A stretch of 64,000 nt of DNA from an uncultured Chloroflexia bacterium (GTDB lineage Bacteria; Chloroflexota; Limnocylindria; Limnocylindrales; CSP1-4), in NCBI GenBank assembly GCA_963710105.1, contig CAVPYV010000001.1, positions 178,370-242,369 of the forward strand. Direction: 5' to 3'. How positions within the stretch are numbered: position 1 is the stretch's first letter; the number at the start of each line of letters is the position of its first letter. A program made the position numbers and the translations under genes. This document shows positions 34,219 through 43,930 of this stretch, piece after piece. The notes under the pieces are model-generated. The model searched no databases. It saw nothing but the letters and a program-made list of their open reading frames with translations, and was not told where the DNA came from.

Positions 34219-35577
34219 ATGGCGCGCATGACCGCCCGGCGGGGCTCGACGCTCAACCGCGACTACGAGCGACGCCCGTACTGGCACGCCACGATGCCGG
34301 GCCTGCCGTCGCGCCGCGATCGGCCGCTGCCGGACACCGCCGACGTGGTCGTGATCGGCGGCGGCTACACCGGGATCAACGCCGCCCGCGTCCTCGCCCG
34401 GGCGGGCGCCGCGGTGACCCTCCTGGAGGCCGAGCAGCTCGGCTTCGGCGGCTCGACGCGCAACGGCGGGATCGTCCACCCCGGCTTCAAGTGGAGCCCC
34501 GACCAGCTCGTCGCGCGCTACGGCGAGGACACCGGCGGGGCCCTGTTCCGCGAGACGATGGACGGCTACGAGCTCGTCAAGCGGCTGATCGCCGACGAGG
34601 CGATCGACTGCGAGTTCCGCGAGCGCGGCTTCCTCGACATCGCCTGGGCGCCGTCGCACGCCGAGCACCTCCGGGCGGAGGTCGCGACGCTCCGCCGGTT
34701 CGGCGTCGAGGCCGAGTACGTCCCGCGCGATCGGCTCCACGAGGAGATCGGCTCGAGCTTCTACCACGGCGGGCTCGTGTTCCCGCCGAGCGGCCTCCTC
34801 CACCCGGGCAAGTACTACGCCGGGCTCGCCGCCGCCGCCGACGCCGCCGGGGCCGATCTCCACGAGGGCGTCCGGGCCCGGACGATCCGCCGCCAGGCCG
34901 ACGGCCGCCTCGTCGTCGAGACCGACCGCGGCGCGATCCTGACGAAGGACGTCGTCATCGGGACGAACGGCTACACCGACGGCGTCGCGCCGAACCTCCG
35001 CCGCCGGGTGATCCCGATCGGGAGCTACATCATCGCGACCGAGCCGCTCCCCGAGGACCTGGCTCGGATCCTCTCGCCGAAGGGCCGCGCCTTCTTCGAC
35101 ACGAAGAACTTCCTCTACTACTGGCACGTGTCCGAGGACCGCCGGATGATCTTCGGCGGGCGGGCGAGCTTCCTGCCGACCTCGGTCGACCGCACGGCGG
35201 CGATCCTCCACAAGGGCATGCTCGAGGTCCATCCCCAGCTCGCCGGCTACCGCGTGGAGTACGCCTGGGGCGGCAACGTCGGCTTCACGTTCGATCGGAT
35301 GCCGCACGTCGGGCGGAAGGACGGGATCACGTACGCGACCGGCTGCTGCGGGACGGGCGTCGCGCTGATGACGGCGATGGGCACCGCGATCGGCGAGTGG
35401 CTCGGCGGCGGGCCGGCGCCGGTCCTCAGCCGGCTGCCGTTCCCGCTCGTCCCGGCGCCGTACGAGGGCCGGCCGTGGTTCCTGCCGTTCGCCGGCGAGT
35501 GGTTCCGCCTCCAGGACCGGCTCGCGCGGCGCGGTCGGGCCGGCGATCCGGACTCCGAGCGCGAACCGCGCACCTGA
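34219..35577 (+). CDS. FAD-dependent oxidoreductase (DAO/PuuB-like)
   Basis: VVIGGGYTG, GGSTRNGG, LHPGKY, TNGYT, WGG, GTGV. Confidence 0.88.
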   Translation: MARMTARRGSTLNRDYERRPYWHATMPGLPSRRDRPLPDTADVVVIGGGYTGINAARVLARAGAAVTLLEAEQLGFGGSTRNGGIVHPGFKWSPDQLVARYGEDTGGALFRETMDGYELVKRLIADEAIDCEFRERGFLDIAWAPSHAEHLRAEVATLRRFGVEAEYVPRDRLHEEIGSSFYHGGLVFPPSGLLHPGKYYAGLAAAADAAGADLHEGVRARTIRRQADGRLVVETDRGAILTKDVVIGTNGYTDGVAPNLRRRVIPIGSYIIATEPLPEDLARILSPKGRAFFDTKNFLYYWHVSEDRRMIFGGRASFLPTSVDRTAAILHKGMLEVHPQLAGYRVEYAWGGNVGFTFDRMPHVGRKDGITYATGCCGTGVALMTAMGTAIGEWLGGGPAPVLSRLPFPLVPAPYEGRPWFLPFAGEWFRLQDRLARRGRAGDPDSEREPRT

Positions 35578-35634
35578 CCGCCAACGGCCCGCCCGGCCCA
35601 GGCCGGGTCAGCCAGCGCCGGCGGCTCAGGCGGA

Positions 35635-36273
35635 TCAGCTTCCGACCGACACCGGCTCGACCGCGTCGTCGGCCGGGCCTTCGATCCGGCCGAGGTTGAC
35701 CATGAAGCGCGTGAACAGCGCGAGTCCGGTGCCCGCGAACAGGGCGAGGCCGAGCCACAGGATCGGCCGGGCCAGGTCGAGGTTCTCGCTGCTGATCAAG
35801 CTGGCCGGCAGGCTTCCGAGGTAGGCCTGGTCCGCCGCCTCCAGGCCGTAGACCTGCGGGACGATGTACAGGACGGAGGCGACGACGAGGAGGGCGCTGA
35901 ACAGGCGGAATGCGGTGGGATCGTCATCGGTGTCGCGGATCAGCTTCACGACGAGCGCCCAGAACAGCACGACGGCGGCAAGCGGGGCGGTGATCGGCAG
36001 GCCGACCTTCAGGTAGAGGTTCGGCATCAGGAAGATCATGCTCAGCCCGAGGGTGATGACGAGCAATGCGTCGCGGAACAGGACGTAGGACAGCCACCAG
36101 ACGTCGCCTCCGAAGCGGAGCGTCAGCCCGCCCAGGAACCGGATGACATACGGCCGGGCGAAATGAAGCACGAGGGTGAACGCCCACAGGATCGGCAGGA
36201 CGGCCGCGACGGACAGGACCAGCCAGCCCGAGGCACCCGTCGTCAGGGCGGTGGCGAGGTCGTCGGCGTTCAT
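35635..36273 (-). CDS. Uncharacterised polytopic membrane protein (paralog B)
   Basis: 5-6 hydrophobic segments; LHFARPY..LRFGGDVWW..Y...RD, LPIT. Confidence 0.8.
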   Translation of the reverse strand: MNADDLATALTTGASGWLVLSVAAVLPILWAFTLVLHFARPYVIRFLGGLTLRFGGDVWWLSYVLFRDALLVITLGLSMIFLMPNLYLKVGLPITAPLAAVVLFWALVVKLIRDTDDDPTAFRLFSALLVVASVLYIVPQVYGLEAADQAYLGSLPASLISSENLDLARPILWLGLALFAGTGLALFTRFMVNLGRIEGPADDAVEPVSVGS

Positions 36274-36899
36274 GCTGCGGTCTCCTCGATCGTCGTCGTG
36301 GGCGGCCGTCGGCCGGTGCCACGCAGGTTGTAGAGGACGGCGATGACGCCGCACGCTCCCGCCAGCAGGCCGGACAGGTAGCAGAGGGGGAGGGCGAGAT
36401 CAGGGTTCTTCGAGCTGACGAGCAGCGGCATGAGGACGTCGACCCGCTGCCCGGTGAGCTCCGTCATCTGGGTTCCGAGGAAATACGGAACGATGTAGAG
36501 GGCGGCGCCCAGGCCGATGAGGATCACCTGCCAGCGGTAGCCGTTCACGTCCCGGTCGCCCGCCGTGGTCAGCTTGATCAGCAGGGCCGCGAATGCGCAC
36601 ACGGCCGCGAGGCCGCCGGTGATCGGGAGGTCCTGGCCGGCGACGACGTCCGGGTAGAAGAAGATGAAGCTGCCGAGCAGGACCTGGACGAGGATGATGT
36701 CGCGCAGCCCGACGTAGATGATCCACCACAGGTCGGCGCCCAGCCGCAGGCTGAACTTGCCCGTGTTGCGGACCATGTACGGCCGGCCGAGGTGGAGCGC
36801 GACGGCGAGCATCCAGAGCACGACGAGCGCCGCCGCGATCGTCCCTTCGACGAAGTTCTCGCCCGCGTCGAAGAAGCCGGATACCTGGTCGGGAGTCAT
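36270..36899 (-). CDS. Uncharacterised polytopic membrane protein (paralog A)
   Basis: 5-6 hydrophobic segments; LHLGRPY..LRLGADLWW..Y...RD, LPIT; AGGAGG RBS and ATGA overlaps. Confidence 0.8.
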   Translation of the reverse strand: MTPDQVSGFFDAGENFVEGTIAAALVVLWMLAVALHLGRPYMVRNTGKFSLRLGADLWWIIYVGLRDIILVQVLLGSFIFFYPDVVAGQDLPITGGLAAVCAFAALLIKLTTAGDRDVNGYRWQVILIGLGAALYIVPYFLGTQMTELTGQRVDVLMPLLVSSKNPDLALPLCYLSGLLAGACGVIAVLYNLRGTGRRPPTTTIEETAA

Positions 36900-38920
36900 G
36901 CCATACCTCCTGTCGCTGTCGGGTGCTGCTCGTCGCCACGGGTCGGTCGGGAGACGGCGTCGCTCGCCGGTTGATCCTTCGGCGCGCGGTCGTCCGGCTC
37001 GCGGTCGTCCGGTCCGCGGCCGCCGATCACGTGGACGACGGTGCAGCCTTCGACCGCGTCGCAGCGGAAGCAGCGAGCTGCCTCGGCCCGGGCCATGGCC
37101 GGCTCGAACCCGCCCTGGGTCGGCGCGAACGATCGAGAGTCGACGATCGGCAACGCCGGGTGCAGGCGAGGGCGTCGCTCGAGATCGAGGTCGAGCTGGT
37201 GCTCGACCGCCGTCGCGTAGCGGACCGTTCGCAGGATCGCGGCCTCCCCATCGGGGACGCGGGCGAGGTATTCGTGGATGGAGCCGGCGGCCCGACGCCC
37301 GGCGGCAACCGCGTCGATGATGGTCTTCGGTCCGGACACGACGTCGCCGCCGGCGAAGATGCCGGCCCGCCCGGTGGCCATCGTCCGCGTGTCGGCGACG
37401 ACGCCCGCCCAGGCGCTGACCTCGATGCCGGTCCCCTCGGGCAGGATCGACGGATCGGGCTCCTCGCCGATCGCCACGAGGATCGTCCGTGCGGCCAGGT
37501 CCACCTGATCGGGTGCCGCGGACGCTGCCACGTCGGAGTCCGCGGTCGCCGACGAGGGGTCGCCGCTCGCGGGCCTCGCGGTCCGGCAGCGGAGTGCGAC
37601 GGCGGCTCCGTCGCGACTGACGACCTCGACGACCGTGAGCCCGGTCCGGATCACGACCCCCTCGCGCTCGGCCGCCTCGATCTCCTCGGCCTGGGCCGGC
37701 ATGTCCGATCGGGCGCGCCGATAGGCGATGGTCACCGATCCGGCTCCCGATCGGAGCGCGGACCGAGCCGCGTCCATCGCCGTGCTGCCGCCGCCGACGA
37801 CAACGACGTCCCCGCTCAGGGCCGGCGCCTCGCCGAGGTTCACGCGCTTCAGGAAGAGGGTCGCGGGGACGACCCCGGCGAGATCGTCGCCGGGGACGCC
37901 GAGGCGCCGGCTCTTGGAGGCTCCCGTCGCGAGGAACACCGCCCGGAAGCCCTGCCGCTCCAGGTCGCCGAGGGTGAAGTCGCGGCCCATGACCGCGTTC
38001 AGCCGGAGCTCCACCCCGAGCCCCACGATCCTGGCGATCTCCGCCTGGAGGACCTCTCGCGGCAGACGGTAGGCGGGGATCCCGATCGCCATCATTCCGC
38101 CCGGGACCGGCATCGCCTCGAAGACCGTCACCGGATAGCCGAGGCGCGCGAGGTACCACGCCGCCGACATGCCGGCCGGACCGCCGCCGACGATCGCGAT
38201 CTTCTCTGGTCGACGCGTCGCGGGCGGCGCGACGGCGGGGAGGGAGCCATGCTCCGCCGCGAACCGCTTGATCGTGCGGATCGAGATCGGCTCGTCGAGC
38301 ACGCCGCGACGGCAGGCGGCCTCGCACGGCGCCGTGCAGATCCAGCCGCAGACCGACGGGAACGGGTTGACTTCGGCGGCCACGGCTGAGGCGTCGTCAT
38401 AGCGGCCCTGGGCAACGAGCCCCACATAGCGGCCGGCGTCCGTCCCCGCCGGGCATGCCGCCTGGCATGGTGCCTGGTGCGCCGTGTCACTTCTCGGCCG
38501 GGTGGCGGCCGGCCAGCCAAGCGGACGACGGCCGGGACGCTCCACGCGGTCGCTCCAGGCCGCCGGATGTGCGGGCTTGAGGGATTCGAGCGTGATCGCC
38601 GACAACGGCGCCCAGGTTTCGCCCGGAGCGTGTGGTCGGTGAATGGGTCCCTGACGCGGCGCGAGGTCCGTCGGGCCCGGCTGGGTCGCCAGGGTCATCA
38701 CGGTGACCGGGCATTGCTCGACGCAGATCGAGCACCCGATGCACTCGCCGACCTGGACCGGGTGCTCCATCGTCCAGGGAAGGGCTCGGGCGAAGCCCAG
38801 GCCCGCCTCGATCCCGGGTCGCGCCGGCCGGCTCATGTCGAGCGCCTCGACCGGGCAGACGTCCATGCAGATGCCGCAGTTGATGCAGCCGCCGTGATCG
38901 ATGTCGATCCGATAGCCCAT
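36896..38920 (-). CDS. Fe-S flavoprotein: N-terminal 2x[4Fe-4S] ferredoxin plus GltD/PreT/SudA-like NAD(P)H oxidoreductase
   Basis: CINCGICMDVCP, CIGCSICVEQCP, APCQAACP, CGWICTAPCEAAC, GGGPAG, GGGSTAMD, YRR, RCFRC. Confidence 0.9.
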   Translation of the reverse strand: MGYRIDIDHGGCINCGICMDVCPVEALDMSRPARPGIEAGLGFARALPWTMEHPVQVGECIGCSICVEQCPVTVMTLATQPGPTDLAPRQGPIHRPHAPGETWAPLSAITLESLKPAHPAAWSDRVERPGRRPLGWPAATRPRSDTAHQAPCQAACPAGTDAGRYVGLVAQGRYDDASAVAAEVNPFPSVCGWICTAPCEAACRRGVLDEPISIRTIKRFAAEHGSLPAVAPPATRRPEKIAIVGGGPAGMSAAWYLARLGYPVTVFEAMPVPGGMMAIGIPAYRLPREVLQAEIARIVGLGVELRLNAVMGRDFTLGDLERQGFRAVFLATGASKSRRLGVPGDDLAGVVPATLFLKRVNLGEAPALSGDVVVVGGGSTAMDAARSALRSGAGSVTIAYRRARSDMPAQAEEIEAAEREGVVIRTGLTVVEVVSRDGAAVALRCRTARPASGDPSSATADSDVAASAAPDQVDLAARTILVAIGEEPDPSILPEGTGIEVSAWAGVVADTRTMATGRAGIFAGGDVVSGPKTIIDAVAAGRRAAGSIHEYLARVPDGEAAILRTVRYATAVEHQLDLDLERRPRLHPALPIVDSRSFAPTQGGFEPAMARAEAARCFRCDAVEGCTVVHVIGGRGPDDREPDDRAPKDQPASDAVSRPTRGDEQHPTATGGMA

Positions 38921-39052
38921 GGCCCGCCTCCGTCCGTCGTGCTCGGCACCGCGAGCATCGGACGGGCGGCCAGCGGGCGCCACCCTCGTCGGGAGCGGCC
39001 GGCCCCCATCCCTTCGGGCTGGGAGCGGCGGGCCGTTCGGCACGGCCGTCGA

Positions 39053-39691
39053 TCACCCGTCCCGGGTCAACCCCTCGCGCAGGGCGCGCGTCGCGAGCTC
39101 GGTCCGGCTCTCGGCGTGGAGCTTCTCGAGGATGTTCCGGAGGTGGAACTTGGCCGTGTTCTCCGAGATCCCCAGGCGTGCGGCGATCTCCTTGTTGCGC
39201 AGCCCGGCTGTGACCAGCCCGAGGACGTCGAGCTCGCGGGCCGTGAGCGGGCTCTGGATGTCGGCCGATTCCGCCCTCGGGCGGGCGAACTCGCGGATGA
39301 TCCGGAACGCCGTCGCGGGCGAGATCGCCGCATCGCCCCGGGCGATCGACTCGAGCATCGCCCGCAGCTCTCGCGCCTCGAGGTTCTTGAGGAGGTAGCC
39401 GCGGGCGCCGGCCTTGATCGCCTCGAACAGGTCGTCCTCATCCTCGGACACGGTGAGCATGACGATCGCGATCGCGGGATGGTCGCGCGCGATGCGGCGG
39501 GTCGCCTCCAGCCCGGACGAGCCCGGCATCCGGACGTCCATCAGGACGACGTCGGGCTCGAGCTCGTCCGCCAGGCGGACCGCCTGCTCACCGTCGCCCG
39601 CCTGGCCCACGACCTCGTGGCCCCACGCCGCGAGCAGCGAGGCCACACCGTCGCGGACGAGGGCGTGATCGTCGGCGAGAAGGACGCGCAT
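39053..39691 (-). CDS. NarL/LuxR family response regulator
   Basis: LADDH, DVVLMDVRMP, GYLLK, LTARELDVL..NKEIA. Confidence 0.95.
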   Translation of the reverse strand: MRVLLADDHALVRDGVASLLAAWGHEVVGQAGDGEQAVRLADELEPDVVLMDVRMPGSSGLEATRRIARDHPAIAIVMLTVSEDEDDLFEAIKAGARGYLLKNLEARELRAMLESIARGDAAISPATAFRIIREFARPRAESADIQSPLTARELDVLGLVTAGLRNKEIAARLGISENTAKFHLRNILEKLHAESRTELATRALREGLTRDG

Positions 39692-41010
39692 CAGGTCGCC
39701 TCGATGGCCGTGCCGCGAAGCGGCACCGCCAGTCGGATGAATCCGCCGCCCCTGTCGGCGGTGCCCCACGAGATCCGGGCGCCGATGTCGGACGCCCGCT
39801 CGCGCATCGCCGCCTGGCCATAGTGCGGCCAGGCGGAGGACTGCCAGGGGCTCGGCTCCGCGAACCCGCGACCGTCGTCCACGAGCTCGACGAGGAGGTC
39901 GTCGCCGACTCGATCGAGGCGCACCGCAACGCGTCCGGCCGCGGCGTGCTTGCGCACGTTCGTGAGGCTTTCCTGGACGATCCGGAACACCTGCGCCTCG
40001 GCCTCGGACCCCATGGCCACGGCGCGTGCCGCCGCCGACGCGTCGACGGTGACGACCAGCTTCGAGGCCTCGGCGAAGCGCCGGGCGTAATCCTCGATCG
40101 CGCCGATGAGGCCCAGCTCGGGGGTGATCGGGCTGCGCAGGCCGAGGATCGCCTCGCGGACATCGACGTAGATCGATCGGGCGGCGGCCGTCAGCTCGCC
40201 CAGCTGGCCTCGGGCATCGGCAACCCGGCCGACTGCGAGCAGCTCGTCGGCGGCCTGCGACTTCGTGCTCACGTAGCCGAGGACCTGGGCCAGACCGTCG
40301 TGCATCTCCCGGGCGATGCGCTCGCGCTCGGTCTCGACCGCAAGCTCGCGAAGGCGGGCCTGGAGCCGCGCGTTCTCGATGGCGATCGACGCCTGGTTGG
40401 CCAGCGATGCCAGCGTCTCGACGGCATCCGCGTTGAATGACCGCGCGCTCCGGGACCCGACGAGCAGGGTGCCGATCGTCTCGGAGCCCCGACTCAGCGC
40501 GCTCGCCAGGCGGCTCGTGGCCAAGGCCGGCGGGAGGAACAACAGCACCTCGTCGCGAGCCGCGGGATCCGGACCCGGGCCCCCGATATCGTCCGGGATC
40601 GGGCCGCTCGAGGCGGCCCGCTTCAGGCGACCATCGGCGTCGACGAGGAGGATCAGCGCGACGTCCGCCCGGAGGAGCGTCCGCGCGTTGTCGACGATCG
40701 CGTCGAGGATCAGGTGGAGGTCGACCAGGGCGGTGATGGCGACGCTCACCCGGTGGAGGGCCGCTGCCGAGACCGCGCGCGTCTCGAGCTCGCGGTTGCG
40801 CGCCGCCAGGACGGCCCCAAGCGCGTCGATCCGGCGATAGGCCGCTCCGGACAGGGCCAGGGTCAGAACGAACACCACGATGGTCACGACCAGCGCATCC
40901 CCCGGGAAGGGCAGGATCGGGTCGAGCACCGTGTCGCTGAGCGCCTCGATGACCCCGACCACCAGCGCGGGAAGGGCGACGATCAGCCAGCGATCTCGAG
41001 ACACGGCCAT
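39691..41010 (-). CDS. Sensor histidine kinase (2 TM + GAF + HisKA_3 + HATPase)
   Basis: ERERIAREMHDGLAQ, QESLTNVRKHA, DDGRGF, AIENARL. Confidence 0.93.
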   Translation of the reverse strand: MAVSRDRWLIVALPALVVGVIEALSDTVLDPILPFPGDALVVTIVVFVLTLALSGAAYRRIDALGAVLAARNRELETRAVSAAALHRVSVAITALVDLHLILDAIVDNARTLLRADVALILLVDADGRLKRAASSGPIPDDIGGPGPDPAARDEVLLFLPPALATSRLASALSRGSETIGTLLVGSRSARSFNADAVETLASLANQASIAIENARLQARLRELAVETERERIAREMHDGLAQVLGYVSTKSQAADELLAVGRVADARGQLGELTAAARSIYVDVREAILGLRSPITPELGLIGAIEDYARRFAEASKLVVTVDASAAARAVAMGSEAEAQVFRIVQESLTNVRKHAAAGRVAVRLDRVGDDLLVELVDDGRGFAEPSPWQSSAWPHYGQAAMRERASDIGARISWGTADRGGGFIRLAVPLRGTAIEAT

Positions 41011-41143
41011 CCCTCGACTCGATCGGGACGGGGCGCCGGACGGCGTCGGATCGAGGGCCTCACGATAGTCCTCGGACGGCCGTTCTGTGCGTGGTCCGGC
41101 CGCCGGCCGCGCGGCCCGCGGTCATCGCATACCCTTCCCGCTC

Positions 41144-41563
41144 GTGAGCCTCAGCAGCGAACCGGTCCAGTACAAGGGCGACGACCTCGACGCGGAGCGC
41201 GGGCCGGGCCTCGGCTGCTTCCGCTTCCAGTTGATCATCCTCGGGATCTTCGTCGTCCTCACGCCGCTCAGCGTCGTGTGGCAGTGGCCGGACGCCGTGA
41301 GCGCCGCGCTCCTGTTCGCCGTGGTCATCCTGCTCCTCGTCACCGGCCAGACGATCATCTTCCTGCTCCGCCTCGTGGCGGCGGACCGGCGCAGCCGGCG
41401 GCGACCGCTGGCGAGCGCGACGAAGACCGTCGGCGAGCTCGAGGACACGCCCGCGGAACCCAATCCGGCGGTCGACGCGGGGGCCGCGCCGGCGACCCCG
41501 CCTTCGGGCGAGTCCGGACCGGATCAACCGCCTCCGACGGACGAGGGGGCCGTGCGACAATAA
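41144..41563 (+). CDS. Small membrane protein
   Basis: Two hydrophobic segments and a low-complexity tail; GTG 8 nt after TACCCT. Confidence 0.65.
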   Translation: MSLSSEPVQYKGDDLDAERGPGLGCFRFQLIILGIFVVLTPLSVVWQWPDAVSAALLFAVVILLLVTGQTIIFLLRLVAADRRSRRRPLASATKTVGELEDTPAEPNPAVDAGAAPATPPSGESGPDQPPPTDEGAVRQ

Positions 41564-41637
41564 GCGACCCCGGTGCGCGCCGGGTGCCGCCGGACCGATC
41601 CGGCGCCCTGGGATCGGTGGAGGAGGACCGCAGGACC

Positions 41638-41964
41638 GTGCCTGTTCTGGCGACCTACTTCTCCGTGCGCCGCGGTCGGGACGCCTTCTTCAAGTTCTAC
41701 ATGCGGACCCTGTTCGCCCGCCAGGTGCGCGAGTACGAGGCGAAATACGGGATCCGCTTCCTCGGTTGGTACAACGTCGCCCACGGCTGGGACTTCGACA
41801 ACGTGATCCTGCTCGATCTCCCGGACTACGCGACACTGGACAAGCTCGAGGCGGATGAGGGCCTGCGGGCGCTCGGCCACCGTGCCGGCGAATGGATCTT
41901 CCAACGTCACCACTCGATGTTCCTGCGAGAGCGGATGGGTCCCGACCTCGAGTACCACGGCTGA
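41638..41964 (+). CDS. Small protein, probable dimeric alpha-beta barrel (NIPSNAP/GYD-like)
   Basis: GGAGGAGG RBS; GIRFLGWY..WDFDNVILLDLPDY pattern. Confidence 0.65.
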   Translation: MPVLATYFSVRRGRDAFFKFYMRTLFARQVREYEAKYGIRFLGWYNVAHGWDFDNVILLDLPDYATLDKLEADEGLRALGHRAGEWIFQRHHSMFLRERMGPDLEYHG

Positions 41965-42032
41965 AGCCGGGAGCCCCGATGACGATCCGACGCACCGCAA
42001 CACCACAGCCGAACGATGGGAGGCGATCCGCC

Positions 42033-43067
42033 ATGGACACGAGCCGCAACGACCTGCTCGGCGAGATCGCGGCCGACGCCGCCCTCGAGCGGTCCGATTT
42101 CCTCGTCCAGTCGACCGAGCAGCTGCGCAAGTTCCTCAACGCGAACAAGGAGCGGATCAGCGAGCTCGGTGGGCTGGTCCTGATCGACGAGGACCCCGAC
42201 TACCTGTCGATCGCGCCGGACCTGACGTTCCGCAGCCGGACGCGCTACCTCGACGAGGTGACCGACGAGTGGACGGCGGAGACCGAGGTCATCGAGACCG
42301 CGGCCGAGCTCGTCGAGCTCTACAACCCGGCCGACCTCTACCAGGCCTTCGCCGAGGCCGCCCGTGAGGCGGCCGGCCTCGAGGCGGAGCCGACGGCCGA
42401 GGCCGAGGTCCTCGACGCTGCCGGGATCGGGACGGCCGAAGGCGTCACGGTCGGTGGCCACGACCCGTACGCCGCGGCCGCCGACGAGTGGGCCGCGACG
42501 CAGCCGGAGCCGGTCGAGGTCGACGACGACGAGCTCGCCGCCCAGCGCCTGTACGACCTCGCCCTCGAGTTCCAGGAGCGGAGCCAGCGCAACGAGGCGC
42601 GCCTCCTCGAGCAGTTCGAGGACGCGTCGTCGGTCCTGATCAGCAAAATCGGCGACCTGATCGTCAACGACGACGACGACGAGCGGCTGACCCTGACCGC
42701 CTCGGGCGAGTTCCGGGCCGAGGTCCTCACCGAGGAGGACAACGAGTGGCGGCCGCTGGCGAGCGCCGAGGAGCTCGTCGAGTACTACGACCCGACGGAC
42801 GTGTTCGGCGACCTGGCGGACGCCCTCGCCGAGGCCTTCCCGTCGATTGCCCCGGAGGTCGCTGTCTTCGAGGCCGGAGCGGAGGGGGCCGCCGGCGAGG
42901 CGGAGACCGGCGACGACGACGACGACGACGAGGACGACGACGACGAGTCCGACGACGACGAGTCCGACGACGAATCCGACGACGACGACGAGTCCGACGA
43001 GAGCGCGCCGTCCGACGCGGCCGGCGAGGGCGACGGCGCGACCCCGGAGGGCGACGCCCGGCGGTGA
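42033..43067 (+). CDS. Highly acidic hypothetical protein with an internal domain duplication and poly-D/E tail
   Basis: GGGAGG RBS; two similar halves; GTGA overlap with pyrK. Confidence 0.8.
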   Translation: MDTSRNDLLGEIAADAALERSDFLVQSTEQLRKFLNANKERISELGGLVLIDEDPDYLSIAPDLTFRSRTRYLDEVTDEWTAETEVIETAAELVELYNPADLYQAFAEAAREAAGLEAEPTAEAEVLDAAGIGTAEGVTVGGHDPYAAAADEWAATQPEPVEVDDDELAAQRLYDLALEFQERSQRNEARLLEQFEDASSVLISKIGDLIVNDDDDERLTLTASGEFRAEVLTEEDNEWRPLASAEELVEYYDPTDVFGDLADALAEAFPSIAPEVAVFEAGAEGAAGEAETGDDDDDDEDDDDESDDDESDDESDDDDESDESAPSDAAGEGDGATPEGDARR

Positions 43068-43930
43068 CGCTGCCCCTGGTCCGAGCCGGGCTGGTCGACA
43101 GCCGCGAGATCCTCCCGGGCCAGTGGCTGCTCTCGCTCCGCGCGCCGGAGATCGCGAACGCGTCGCGGGCCGGCCAGTTCCTCCACGTCCGGACGGCGGA
43201 CGCCTCGGGCCTCGTGCTCCGACGACCGTTCCCGATCCGGACCGCGGATCCCGGGAGCGGTCTCGTCACGATCCAGTGCCGATCGGCGGACCGCGGGTCC
43301 GACTGGTTCGTCCGCCTCAGGCCGGGAGACGCGGTCGAGCTCGCCGGGCCGCTCGGCCGGCCGTTCGAGGTCGACCCGCGCTCGCGCCACCTCCTGCTGA
43401 TCGCGGGCGGCGTCGGGATCGCGGCCGTCCGCGCCCTCGCCGACGAGGCGATCCGTGACGGACGCCAGGTCACCCTCCTGTTCGGTGCCGGGTCGGCCCG
43501 CGAGGTTCATCCGTCGTCGCTCCTGCCCGACGAGGTCGAGTACGTGATCGCGACCGCCGACGGCTCCGTCGGGCAGCGCGGCGCGGTCACGGACCTCGTC
43601 CCCGCCTACGAGGCGTGGGCCGATCAGGCGTTCGCGGCCGGCCCTCGCCCGATGCTGGCGACGCTCGCCCATCTGGCCGCCGGGCGGCGGGGGCGGCTCG
43701 GCGTGGCGACGCTCGGTCGGAAGCGCGGCGGCGGGCGGGTCGACCCGCCCGGGTCGCCGGCGGCCCGCCGCAAGGTCTTCCTCCAGGTCGTCATCGACCA
43801 CTCGATCGGTTGCGCGGCGGCGACCTGCCTCGGCTGTGTCGTGCTCGGTGCCGGCGGCCAGCCGCAGCGCGCCTGTCGCGAGGGGCCGGTCTTTGCCGCC
43901 GACGAGATCGCCTGGGAGTCGCCCTGGTGA
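43064..43930 (+). CDS. pyrK: Dihydroorotate dehydrogenase electron-transfer subunit
   Basis: AGQF, LRRPF, GPLGRPF, AGGVG, CAAATCLGC..ACREGPVF. Confidence 0.85.
   Translation: MTLPLVRAGLVDSREILPGQWLLSLRAPEIANASRAGQFLHVRTADASGLVLRRPFPIRTADPGSGLVTIQCRSADRGSDWFVRLRPGDAVELAGPLGRPFEVDPRSRHLLLIAGGVGIAAVRALADEAIRDGRQVTLLFGAGSAREVHPSSLLPDEVEYVIATADGSVGQRGAVTDLVPAYEAWADQAFAAGPRPMLATLAHLAAGRRGRLGVATLGRKRGGGRVDPPGSPAARRKVFLQVVIDHSIGCAAATCLGCVVLGAGGQPQRACREGPVFAADEIAWESPW

Noticed and set aside
36896-38920. Calling this gene gltD, preT or dsrL, or pairing it with the PreA-like gene at 8680
   Set aside because: No gltB or dsr genes nearby, the domain order differs, and it lies 27 kb away in its own coupled operon; a partnership remains possible but is unsupported.
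42910-43000. GAC microsatellite as a non-coding repeat
   Set aside because: It simply encodes the poly-Asp/Glu tail of the acidic protein.
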